From NCBI GenBank assembly GCA_951406725.2, contig OX597831.1, forward strand, positions 46,190,001 to 46,254,000: DNA of 64,000 nt. Reading direction: 5' to 3'. This document shows, piece by piece, positions 44,901 through 57,306 of this stretch. Below the pieces are notes generated by a model. It saw only the letters and a list, made by a program, of their open reading frames with translations, did no database searches and was not told the origin of the DNA. The translations under genes were made by a program, and so were the position numbers. Source of the DNA: Octopus vulgaris (lineage: Eukaryota). Each line of letters opens with the position of its first letter. Within the stretch, counting starts at the first letter, position 1.

Positions 44901-45601
44901 CTTAACAGTATAAACCGGTCTTGCCTGGGATTAAGTTACGATTATTAAGCTAATCAAGTGCTTTATTTCAAACCAAACTAAGTAATATAGACGTGAAATT
45001 TGGGCGAAATTCGTTGAAGGTATATATATTATATATATATATATTATATATATATTATATATATTATATATATTATATATATATATTATATATATATTAT
45101 ATATATTATATATATTATATATATATATATAATATAATATAAATATATAGGGGCAACAGACACGAACACTCATACATACACGTACGTACGTACACCTATT
45201 GCATGTTTTGTGCATGCATACATGTTCATAAACAGAATCAAATTGAAGGCTGGTTATTGTGGAGGTCGTTGCAGTTCGATTATCATAGAACTTATAAGTT
45301 TGCAAGCGATGTGAAGTAGAGCTACTGAAGAGTTTTGGGAGTAGATTACGGATAATGACTACAAAATATACAAGATACCAGATATTTTGTAAAATGTATT
45401 TCATGGACTAATACATGCTCACTACATGTGAAAGCATAATAAATTATAAGACACACAAGTACATATAACTACCAAATGCGGTGTGTGTTACATGTTGCAT
45501 TCGATAGTATGTGTTTCTATATTTTTGTCTTTTTATATGTCGGAACGTGTGATTATTCTTGAATAAAGCATTTAATCGCTATAAGCTATAAGGTGACGAA
45601 T

Positions 45602-46684
45602 TCAATGAGTTTCGATATTTTGTCTTTTACATAGCTGGAAAATGTTGTGAAATAAAGAAAGTAATTCATCACGAAACTGCCGATTGAAAACCCCGTAGAT
45701 ATACGGGTTAAGAGCAGAACTGAGATAAGAAGAATAGAATAAAAACTTGTGAATCACTAGATCTTTATCACTTGCAACGTAATCAAAATCTTCAACAAAC
45801 AACCTCCAGTATATTCCAATGAAATGTGGTATGTAACTGATAATCCAGATCAAGGTGATAACGAAGAGTATTAAAGTAGCCCAAGCTGGTGGCACTGGTT
45901 GCTTTCTAAGACGCGCAAAAGCGGTAGAACTAATATCTGTAGACTGACCTTCAGGTTTGGAAATGTTAGGAGTTGTGAAGGCTTCACGAAACTGATTTGC
46001 TTTATTTTTCTTCGCTTTGTAAATTTTCCAAATGCGCATTCCAATTAATATGTATATAATGAAAAGAATGATAAACATACAGCAGCAAACGGTTGATCCA
46101 GTAGTGTAATAAGCAAAAAAATTTATTGTGCCATTTATATAAGGAGAATATGCACAAACTCCTCCAATATCGCCACATTGTTCCACCATTTTGTTTTGTG
46201 TGCCGGATACAAAAATTGATGGTGCAGACAAAATGAACGCGATGATTGTTAAACATGCTAAAATTGTTTTTGAATTCTTAACGGAAATACTTTGTTTAAG
46301 AGGTCGACATATGAGAATGTATCTATCGACTGCTATAACAAACACAATGAAAGCTGAATTGGTTATTGCTGCAACTGTCACAGAACGTATCATACGACAT
46401 GCAACATCACTGTGAAACGTATAGGGAAAACGTAGAACTACAATGTCCATAGGTATACATATTATGCAAGTTAGAAAATCACACACCGAGAGTGCTACAA
46501 TGAACATATGCATGGCTGCCTCATCAAATTTATAATAGTATATGTATGATACAAAGCAATTTCCAATTGCTCCAAGTGCCATTGAAATTCCGAGATACGT
46601 TATCACTGGAAAATAAACATCCACCATTTTGGTATTTAGTTCTAAAATACTAACGCAAATGTTGACACTGTTGTTTTGCTCCAT
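45602..46684 (-). CDS. Class A GPCR, array copy 4, most divergent intact paralog (360 aa)
   Basis: GN, LSVCD, DRY, SYIP, NPYIY and FNRQFR motifs; C-terminus QLCKRQNIETH*. Confidence 0.92.
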   Translation of the reverse strand: MEQNNSVNICVSILELNTKMVDVYFPVITYLGISMALGAIGNCFVSYIYYYKFDEAAMHMFIVALSVCDFLTCIICIPMDIVVLRFPYTFHSDVACRMIRSVTVAAITNSAFIVFVIAVDRYILICRPLKQSISVKNSKTILACLTIIAFILSAPSIFVSGTQNKMVEQCGDIGGVCAYSPYINGTINFFAYYTTGSTVCCCMFIILFIIYILIGMRIWKIYKAKKNKANQFREAFTTPNISKPEGQSTDISSTAFARLRKQPVPPAWATLILFVITLIWIISYIPHFIGIYWRLFVEDFDYVASDKDLVIHKFLFYSSYLSSALNPYIYGVFNRQFRDELLSLFHNIFQLCKRQNIETH

Positions 46685-46839
46685 TTTCTTAATATTGTTT
46701 GAAACTTTGAGGAAAGTGTTATGATTTGCGATTGTAGACCTCGTACTTCCTGGAAAGACAAAGAAAAGTTGTTTGTAAACAGTTTATTCCAACAGACTTT
46801 ATGAAATATTCTGCTTTACATCGAGAGTTAAGTTAACAG

Positions 46840-47190
46840 ATTTTACAGTTCTATATTTAAGAGATGTGGAATTATGTACATTATTTACATTTGACGGATA
46901 TCAGTCAAAATAGCATAAGAAAACATTAGATTTATACGCCCTAAAATTCACTCCGTAATAACCCGCGGACATATGGCGTAGTTAACACAACGTTTGGGCT
47001 GATATACCTCATTGTGTTTGTTGTTAACATAACGTTTCGGCTGGTTGGATTTTGGGGCTTGTAAATCTACTATTTTCCTATCCTTCCTTAAACCCGATGA
47101 AGACTGGAGGGTATATCAGCCGAAACGTTACGTTAACAACATACAAGAAGAGGAGAAATATCCGACATGTGTAAATAATGTAAATAATGT
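46840..47190. mobile_element. Penelope-like terminal fragments (direct and inverted) upstream of GPCR4
   Basis: ccgatga-agactg...cagcc-gaaacgtt at 47094-47129, with inverted partial copies at ~46980-47045. Absent from units 1-3. Confidence 0.55.
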
Positions 47191-47789
47191 CAACAAAGAT
47201 TTGTACAAAAACAAGAAATACATTTATCAAATATTAATTACGCATGATATTTATGAACGAATATTTGTGAATATACACTGTGCAATTGCTAAATTTTCGA
47301 TATCAATCATATATTGGGAAGAGCTAGTGAATAAGCCATATAAGTATGTGCTTCTGTGTATGTGTGTGCTCGTTGTTAATGGTTGAATCCGAAGAACATT
47401 AAGCAGTAAATAATAGAATTATGTTTAAAAATACCATTTGGAAGGATGAATTCTATTGTTGGGTCTCTGAACCTACACGTGTTGCAAATATGATAGACGT
47501 TCTGCCATTGGACCAAAATAATCTTTCAAATTTCTCCATCCATTTTCGAAACTTTGTTCTTATAAGTGAGAACTGCATATTGGTGACATCAAAAACTTTT
47601 TAGAGATTTCGTGTGAAATAATTCGTTTTTAATGGTTAAAGTCGAAGTAGATAAAGTTATATGTAATAGCATCTAAATATTGGCTTAAGAAACACTTTGG
47701 GGAGAAAAAGCCGAATGTATGTATGTATGTATGTATGTATGTATGTATGTATGTATGTATGTATGTATGTATGTATGTATGTATGTATG

Positions 47790-50700
47790 TATGTATAATA
47801 ACACTGTTTTCTGCAGCTGCACTAAATTCAAGTAGCTCTCTAAACATTCTTTACTACGTAGGAGTCTATATCTACTCTAGCTAACTCCACACAGTCTTCT
47901 ACTGATATTATCCCTCTTCCACTTCCTTTCTAGCCAAGTATAATCTTGCTTACTCCTGTATTGGATGGAGTCCTCCATTCATATTGAATTCATTAACAAT
48001 TCTTCCGTCTAACTTTGCTAATGCAGTTTTTGTCCAATCTACAAAAACTGCTGAGTATCTAAGTAAAGATACTATCCACGTATTTAAAGCCTTCACTAGT
48101 TTCGGACAATTTAGTTTTGATTTCATAAACTTCCTTATCCTTCTGATGTACTCCTTCTCAATTTTCGTTTCCGTTTCTATAGTTAGTACTCTGTCAGATC
48201 TAATACTCCTAGATACTTATAACTCTCTACTTCTCTCGGTGATTTTAATGTCTGGGCATCTCGTAATTGGATGCATTAGCTTTTGACTGCATGTCCCCTT
48301 TTCATGACAAATATTGCATACTTATCTATGCCAAATTCCATCCTATATCTTTGCTGAACAGTCTTGCTGTCTGTATTAAGGAATCTTTCTTTTTCATTCT
48401 TACCAGGGTTCCGACAGTTATTCGTACTACTACCACCTTTTCCATCGACCACAATTGCTTAACCTCTCAAGTTAACCTGTCATATCTATCGACATTTTTC
48501 TTCCTTATCGTATACCTTGTTGTCAGCTGTGCATGCTATATCCAGCATCGTTTGCTTTCTTTCTCAATTAACACTTTGTCTAGTTTCCTACTCTCTATCT
48601 CATGGTTTAATGCTCGTACCACGTTTTTGCTCTGTTAAGTCCATACTTGTTGCAAAGCGTCCAATGGCATGCATTGACTAGTAATATGCCACATGTCTCA
48701 CCATCTTGTCTACAAAGTCTGCACTTATCACTATCCAATGTGTTGTCTATTCTGTATTTGATGTAATTCGTTCTTGATGCTTGCTCTTCGACAGCACAGA
48801 TTAGGGATTCTGTTTCCGGTTATAAAATCACTTTTAGTCATCCATAGCCATCTTTTTCTCTCTCTGTCTTATCATCAACATCCCTATGAAATTGTCCATG
48901 CATTCTTTCTTTGTCCACCTATTTTCAGTTTCATTCACTCTCAAAGTGCTTGTACAGGGCTTTATCTTTGCAATCTTCCATCCTACACAAGCCTGACCTT
49001 CTTACGTCCAATAATAGTGGTTCTGTGGCATATTTTACATAGCATGCTATGCTGTTTTCCTCTGCTCTAATGCTGTGTTCGCATCAAATCAGTCCTCTTT
49101 CCCCTCCTTTTCTCGGTACATACAGTCTGTCTGTGTCACGTTTTGGATGGAGTATCCCATATCTAGTCAGCAACTTCCTTGTCATTCTGTTTAAGCTGTT
49201 TAATTAGTCTACTGTCCATGCAATTACCTCTGCTCCATATCTAAGTAGTGAAACTGCCCAGGTGTTGATAGCTTCAATCTTATTCCGTACGTTTAATTTT
49301 AACTTAAGGATCAGTCTCAGTCTGCGCAAGTACTCCACTTTAAATCTTTCTGTCATTTCTTTCTCCATCAATTTATCCATTTCCCAAATCCCCAGGTACT
49401 TATAGCCCGTATCTTCTATCTGCTTCATAACCTCCCCCGACAGTATCGCTAGCTCGTCCATACATTTGATTTTGCCTCTCTTCAAGACTAACGCACCATA
49501 CTTTTTCAGTCCGAACTCCATTTTGATGTCAGCACTGAAAGTATACACCGTATCAACGAACGAACTGACTTGGGATTCATCTTTACCATAAAGTTTGAGA
49601 TCATCCATGAATAATAAGTGGTTGACATTTTCTTGGCGGCTTTTGAATACATACACAGCCTTTGCTTTCCTCAGAATCAGTGTTAGTGGTATCATGTACA
49701 GTACAAAGATCAGTGGTGACAGGCAGTTCCCTTTGAAGATGTCTTTCCTGATTTCTATTGTCCCTAAACTTCTTCCATTTGCTGTCAATCGATCCATGAC
49801 ATGGCCAAGTTAGTTTACCTCCTCTTGCAGTCTCAAAGTACATTTTTTTGTCTACACGGAGTTGATCCTTGGTGCCTCTGCACTTAGGCTTGCAACTCTT
49901 CTGCTCATGTGGCAGGATTCCATTTCCCCGCCATATGTTCGTACATTGACTCTGCGAGTATTCCAGTCAATAATTTCCACATAAGTGGCAAGCAGGATAT
50001 CGGCCTGTAATTGATTTCATTCATTTCCCTAACAGAAATGACTAGTTCTGCCTGTTTTGGACAGACTACTGTTTGTTTAAGTTCTTGCAACCATTCAGCA
50101 TCCTTCTTATGTTTCTTGTCTTTGCTCCAGATGTGTACTTCTCCAAAACATTTGGTTTTGAATGTTATCTGGTAGGATAGTGACATTTTTACCTTCATCG
50201 ACTGGTTCAGGATCATGTTCATACCAGTAAGCAGGAGTGATGATTTTGTGGTGTTTACATATTTTCCAATGTAAATTCTGTCCTACCCTATCCTGGCGAT
50301 TTTGTATACGTTTGGTGTCAGCACAGGACATCCTGAGACAAGATGGTCTATTGTTAAGTGAAATTTATCGAAGAATCTGCATTTAGGGTTAGAACCGTTT
50401 TGAAGAACGTTAGCTGGTAGCTTTTGGTAAGCAAGCTTTGATCTTGTGCCGCCAATATGAAACCTTCAGTCTGTGCTTTCAGTCCTGAACTTCTCAGCCA
50501 CTGATGGGTTGGTCCTTGGTCAACATCAGTATTTCGACTTCGAAGTATATACTGTCCATGGAGAAGCTTCGGGATCTACTGCTCCTCAATTTGTTTCTGC
50601 CCGTTCTTTTTGCAGTCTGCTTGATGACAGTGCTTTTAGGTTCTTCATCTAATTCAGGGTTAATGCCAAGTTTCCTTGCGAATTTGTCGTACTCTTTCGC
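47790..50700 (-). mobile_element. Nested or mosaic R4/Dong-type LINE fragments
   Basis: ORF 49204-49797 (LSPLIFVLYMIPL, NHLLFMDDLKLYGK, MEFGLKK, YKYLGI); NYRPISCL at ~49960; a zinc-knuckle/RLE-adjacent piece (VGQNLHWKICK) at ~50250. Confidence 0.82.
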
Positions 50701-50739
50701 CACAACTTTCTCTCACTCTCTCTTCCTGTTTCTTGAGTA

Positions 50740-50850
50740 ACGATGCGATGGACTGGCGTCCCGTCCAGCTGGGGGGAACACATACGCAACAGAAACTGGG
50801 AAATCGGGCCCATGAGCCTGGCTAGGTTTGAAAAGAGTGACGTATTTTTT
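50740..50850 (+). mobile_element. SINE 3' fragment with V-SINE-like core
   Basis: gcgatggactggcgtcccgtccag core; related to the element at 63570-63850. Confidence 0.6.
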
Positions 50851-52269
50851 CTTATATAAACGCAGAGTTAGTAAAAATATATCGAAAAATGCAGATGAAA
50901 TCAAAATGATGTTAAAATTATTTGCAACTTTAATACATTTTTACGAGAGATAATGCTATTCAACGATTATTACTCTGTATGCAAGCACTAAGGACGTTCT
51001 CTGTTTTCCTTGATTCCTAAACTATCAACGTTCTATGAAGAAGTAAAATAGAGATTCTATATATTACTGCCAGATGGTAAATAATTTCATCTTTAATTTC
51101 AATTAATGACTCTCTTCGTGATATATCGATTTAATAAGTTATAGGTTATATCGTGCTGAAGGTTTCGAAAACAAATGAAATAGTACTATACTTAATCAAC
51201 ACGCACTAGCAATTGGAAATACATCGCAATAGATAAAAGGAAATTGAATATGAGAGTTCTGTGAGTATACTTTCTTGTAGTCCTTAATTTTCAACCCTGC
51301 CTCACATCGCGAAAGAATAGTTATTTTCCTTGCATTGACGGCTATTCCGAGAGGAAACGTGTATTTGAACACGAATATACTAAATCTTAAAGAATTCATA
51401 TTTCATCAGAAAATGATGAATGAAACAAACAGAAAATACGAAAACAGGTGGGTGAATAGAAGACTAGAAAAAACCTAGACAAAACGGGACGGTGTGATCT
51501 GCATATATATGCAAGAATAATTAGGAAGTATTCTTCGGAATAATTTAGAAGTCCGTCAAAAATAGAAATGTAGATGTGTTGTCAAGCTCACAAGGTCTCC
51601 AGGGACCATTAAATATTCTTTAGTACTGGCAATGCAGTTTTTGTGTTTCGTATCGTTCTTGATATTTAAACTTCATATGCGATGTCTTGCCTTGAAACCT
51701 ACCAACTAGTCTTTCACCAAGCAATTCCCGCATAACTATTTGCTAATCTGGTCACTGAAGGTTTCAAGAGCCGGGAACGATACATTAGCATATTATTTTC
51801 GTGTCACTGTTGACAATACGTAGAATAAATAAATTAAAGTAATATATGATATAGGTCAAAGTAATGGTAATTTTGTAGCTAATTTTAATGAAATTTGTTA
51901 TAAGAGAGACATAAAAAGGAGACAGAGAGGGAGATAAAGCAGGGAGAGAGGGAAAGAGAGGGGGAAAGGGGGAGAGAAAGACAGAGAGAGAGAGAGGGAC
52001 AGAGATAGAGAGAGAAGGATAGACAGGGAGAGAGAGAGGGAGAGATAAAAGTCGACAGATAAAAGTCGACAGAGAATATGGGAGATGGAGAAAAAAAAAA
52101 AAAAAAGCATGAGAAAACTTTCTGTCACTAAAACATATATGAGCTCTTTTCGTAAATTGACAAAAATACACATAATCATAATAGTTGAATGTGATGTTGA
52201 TATTCAGATGACATTCCTAAATGTTGAGTAAGAAATCCTTTCTACGACAAGTACAAGGCCTGAAATGTT

Positions 52270-52415
52270 GGGAGAGGGTACTAGTCGATTACCTCGACCA
52301 CCAGTGTTTCACTGGTACTTAATTTATCGACACCGAAAGGATAAAAGGCAAAGTTGAACTCAGCGGAATTTGAACTCAGATTGTGCAGGCGTACGCAATG
52401 CCGCTAAGCATTTTA
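52270..52415 (-). mobile_element. MetaSINE-like fragment
   Basis: The minus strand reads gagttcaaattccgctgagttcaactttgccttttatcctttcggtgtcgataaattaagtaccag (B box plus Meta-like core). Confidence 0.65.
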
Positions 52416-55223
52416 GTTTGTTAGAAGTCTAACTGAATAAATTTAGAATAGTATTTGGACCAATATAGCGTTTTTTTAATGCGGAATCGTCTAGGCAATT
52501 CTGAAGAGACTAATGAAAAAGTTCCAATATTCGGATAAACCTTACGGACTATTTGTATATCTGTAAGCAAAGACAGAAAAAAAGGAAAAGTGAAAGGTTG
52601 CTATCAATGCCTTATATAGACTTAGGAGTATTTAGATGGACTTGAAATCCCAGTTGTCTAATTTCACAAGGTTTTGACTGTGATCGGGACATTTAAATAC
52701 AGCAATGGCAGTTGAAAAGACGCAACACAGTAAGAGTAGCAATTGATTTATATGCAGCGAATGTTAAATCTTGTGCCTAGTCCCTCAAACTGCTAGAAAC
52801 AGAAAACAATTTTCTCTCATATAACATCCTAACTCAATAAAGAAAAGGTGGAATGGTTGTGAAGAGAGTGTCGTTGATCAGAGATTTGTTGGATTAGGAC
52901 TGACCTGAGGATAAACTATATCTGATTTATATAATATCCCGAGTAAATGTGATTTGATAGATGTTTGAGTGGATAAAGTAGTGAGATATATAATTATTAA
53001 TGTTCTTTGATCTATGGAGCTCAACACCACCACCACCACCACCACCACCAACAATAACAAAACATGCTAAAATTGACGAGGAGTGAGAGAGAGAGAGAGA
53101 TAGAAAGAGAGAGACAGAGACAGATAGAGAACAATATATTAAGTTATGTTAGAAAAGATGGTTCAGGAAATACAGCCCCTGAAAAAAAAAAAGAAAAGAG
53201 AGACAACATGATCATTGGTGAATTGTTTTTGATGATGGATTTGTTGGATCAGCTTCGATTACGGAGCTAAGCAAGAAGAAAATCATTAATATTTTAAGCG
53301 TATACATACCACCAGCAGTATTAGTAGATGTTTCGTTACTCTTCTCATGCGAGACTCAACACATTTCACAAGTAAATATAATTTTAATACGTCACACATC
53401 CTGTTACAATTAAAAGTTAATTAATCTAACCATATAGGGACACTAATATCTCTCATCAAGGAAGCTATATCAATGTATATCAAATAGCCGAATTAATTTG
53501 CATAACTCTCTCTGCGCTCGCGAGAGAGAGAGAGCGCGTGCGTATGTGTTGTGCATGTTTGTAATGGCGATCACATTATCTGACGGTGGCCATGATGCCG
53601 AACGTCGGGTGGAGCATAGCCCTACACTTGTAAGATTCACACGTTACGAATCTTAGTCTAACTGTACCAAGTACGTCTGCTGCGAGACTAAAAGACAAGA
53701 ATCTCTATTTAAATGAAAACTTGACATGGGAGGAATTTCATCCGGTATTCCTGGTCTGCTACCACAACAGCTCCTTTATAGGATCCAGTTAGCTCAAGAC
53801 ATCATCAGGAGGAACCACGTTCGGTTTCGGCCCATACTCATCTACCGTTTTGACGTGGCGCCTTCCCCTTTCGGAGGTGTCTTCATTTCTGGTGTTGGGT
53901 GCATGTCTTCGTTCTTCTGTTCCCTAGCCTCTTCGATGTTGCGTCAACGAATATCAGCGGGCGACTGGCTGTCTTGTCAAATTTCCCTTTAAATACCTTC
54001 TGCTAGCCTCCAGTAGGCAGCCCCAGCAAGTTTTCACGTGACACTGTCTCAACTTTAACTGACCAATGAAGGCGCGTGGTGGACTAAATATTAGGTAAAT
54101 AATTCCTTAATCTATCCACAAACAAGTAACAAAAGCTTTTCAATAGACATGTGCACTTTCCTGCGGGAATGAACAAAACAGTACATCCTGGCTGTTTGAG
54201 GGAAAAGAACGAAAGCTACAACAATAAAAGGAAGCTTTTAGAGAAATGTAATCCCAACAGCTGATGATGAGGGTTGCATTTAGCAGAAAAACGACCTATC
54301 TTAAGCCTGGAATGTAGCTAACTGCCAAATCGTAGGTGTTTACATGGTGTTCACATGAACGGAAGTACATTCTACAAAGCTACTTAAAGCATGTATAAAA
54401 TAGTTGAGACGATTTCTTTCGCCTCTAATTTTTTTCGAGTCGATCTTCTTCACAATCATTCACACATTTAAATACTCTTGTCCTTCCTTCTGTTATTCTT
54501 GAATTCCTACATCTCTCTTCCCATTTCACTCTACATCTTTCTCTTTCTATACTCACAAAAATGCTTTTCTTTTTCAAACTGGATGGCCCTCCCTCAAGCA
54601 AGCGAAAGGATTCTTCGTACCTCAGTCACGTGATATCGCCCCTGCGCGAGTTTTTCATTAAATATAGCATTTTAAATTTTACTTACCCGACGGATTTTCG
54701 TAGGTCTTCATGCAGGCCTTCCGCATCAGCCGTCTTTGATGTTTTTCAACTATAATACAACTGGGCATAATTTTCTATGCAGCTTCGTTCAGGGTCTTTC
54801 AACCAGCCAAGCTGGAAACAAGTGTAGGTTTTTTTAACCATAAAAATATACTGTATGACATTCTAAAATAAAAGGAAATAAGTTTTGACGATGTACCAGT
54901 TTCCATATTTTCTGCTGTTATAATTATTGCTAATATACACTCCAGATGATATTGCCATCCAGTGAAGCGAACACGGAGTTTTCAAAGTGAGTGACAACAC
55001 CTAGTAGTCATGGACGTTAAATACGAATCGATGCGGCTAGCCGTAAACTGGAAGATAACTGAGAGCGGCCACGGTATCCGCTCAGAAAATATTTTCCTCT
55101 ACACTCACTGACTCACTGACTCACTGACTCACTGACTCACTCACTCACTCACTCATTCTCTCTCTCTCTTTCACACACACACACACACACACACAGTTAT
55201 ATTCTTTTCTTTTAAATTCCTTT

Positions 55224-55367
55224 TTCTTGTTTCAGTCAGTTGACTGCAGCCATGCTGGAGCACCGCCTTTAGTCGAAGAAATCGACTCCAGGACTTATTT
55301 AGTGACTCGCAGTGGGACTGAACCCGGAATCGTGTTGCTGGGAAGCAAGCTTCTTACCATACAGCCT
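55224..55367 (-). mobile_element. Internally deleted copy of the 16921-17310 SINE family
   Basis: Shares cttgtttcagtca...catgctggagcaccgcc and cgcagtgggactgaacccggaa. Confidence 0.75.
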
Positions 55368-55524
55368 TTTGATTAGGTTCATGTAGTTATGTAGTCTGAA
55401 AACGCTTTATTTGTTTAAACATAATATTTAGATATTCAAAAAACATTGTCTTTTATGGCGAATCCTGTTTGCAATTGCTTAAAAGCAATATAAAACACCT
55501 GTGAATGATCATAAAATGTTCAAT

Positions 55525-55660
55525 TCAAGGAGTTCTGATATTTTGTCATTCTCATAACTGGAAAATTTTGCGAAATGAAGTCAGCAATTCATTACAAAAC
55601 TGTCGACTGAAAAGTCCGTAACTAAGAGCAGAGCTGAGATGAAAAGAATAGGTTAATAAC
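55525..55660 (-). pseudogene. Decayed GPCR paralog relic (TM7, helix 8 and C-tail only)
   Basis: Manual translation gives LTYSFHLSSALS---YGLFSRQFCNELLTSFRKIFQL*E*QNIRTP*, aligning to copy 4 FYSSYLSSALNPYIYGVFNRQFRDELLSLFHNIFQLCKRQNIETH*. It has a 9-bp deletion in NPxxY and two premature stops. Confidence 0.85.
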
Positions 55661-57236
55661 ACTTGGATATGTCGTATGAGGCTACGAAGGCATTGTTTTG
55701 ATTAATTGAGAAAGTTATTTCTTGTATTTTCAGGAGCGCGGGAAACCCACAAGGAAGCGGGTGCATCATTCCCAGTAAATACTAGGGACAAGGCCGCAGT
55801 TGCCACCCTTGTACCACTGAGGAATTTAACACCAAATCATCAACAGCGAACATTTGGACATCAAGAAAGAAACATTTCATTGCACGTGCAAGTAACTTAA
55901 ATTACAAAGTGCCAAGAATGACGCCTTGACCTCTATCCCATCTATTTAACCTAGGCAAATTCATGATGTAACTGGAAAATTGCGGATGTGGACAATTTAA
56001 ATAGGAGACATATACTCATTGGATTTCTAAACTGCATACTTATGTGCAACTTATACATAGCATATATACAAGATACCAGTTATATTGCGAAATGTATTTT
56101 ATGGACTAATACACGCTCACTACTTGTGAAAGCATAATAAATTATACGATACTCAAGTACTTATATCTACAAAATGCGGTGTGTGCTACATGTTGCATTC
56201 AATAGTATACGTTTCAATATTTTTGTATTTTCATATTTCGGTACGCGTGAATATTCACGTATTATGCATTTAATCAATACTGAAAGCTAATTATCCCAAC
56301 ATAGCAAGGCTAACGCAAAGGAAATCAGGAAGACAGAAATCACTAAATGAGATGATGCCCCAAATGTGTTTATCTACTAATTTTGAAGTCTCGTATAAGC
56401 TCGTGTATGCACATGTATTCGCATCCAAAATTGACGCGTTTACCAACATCCTAAAAGCAATGTTTGACATGATACCATTGAAGGCAGTGTTATTCCACAG
56501 ATAAATTTTTTCTCTCCGTTGTTGAAAATTTTGTATGCATTCAAAATTATTCAAAATTTATCATTTGGTTATAATATTTTTCTTGATAACCCTAAATTTT
56601 ATCTTTATACAACATAACAATATTGTTTAAATTAATCTCCTATCGTACCCCATGACAAAATTTCCTCTGTTTTATCATTATTGGTTTTATTAGCGTCTTG
56701 CCCTTTTAACTGGTAATTAACATCTTGTTTTGAGATCTTACACTAGCCAACCTCATTATAGCCAGTTACTTTATACTACTTCAAAATAATCTTGACAAGT
56801 TTTATGACTATACCCACTATGTTCTGTCAACTCTTTCCTGCCTTTTCCTAATAGACACAATTCTCTAGTTTTAGATTTGATAAACAAGACTAATAAATTA
56901 AAACTGAACCAAAATCAGTGACACGCTATGACCCAAACAATTTTTTTTTCCTGATGTCTTCTTACTCTATTAGAGTATTTAAGCAAAATTATATTAATGT
57001 GTCCGACTGATTAAAAAATTCTATTTATTTATTTATGCAGCTGAGAGTAGCCCTGCATTTAAAATGATGTAATGATTGCATTGTTCAATTAAAAGGAGCC
57101 GCTTGAAACGGTCGTACTGCATCAGCTCTGGATATCCTGTTGCTTTTTTGATTTCATTCACTTATTTTGAGGTTGTACGGATAGTACCGCACTAATGTTT
57201 GGTGCTTCAGCTTAAGTACCTAATTCATCTGAATCT

Positions 57237-57305
<69 letters not shown>

Positions 57306-57306
<1 letters not shown>

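Larger units (their letters stand above)
33489..47790. repeat. Tandem unit 4 (probably two partial units joined across an N gap)
   Basis: The left part is closely similar to units 1-3. The right part (GPCR4 and flanks) is more diverged. One segment occurs on both sides of the gap. Confidence 0.7.

Noticed and set aside
53660-54100. Possible solo LTR or promoter (GC-richer, with TATA/CCAAT-like motifs)
   Set aside because: No second LTR, TSD or PBS could be established by eye.
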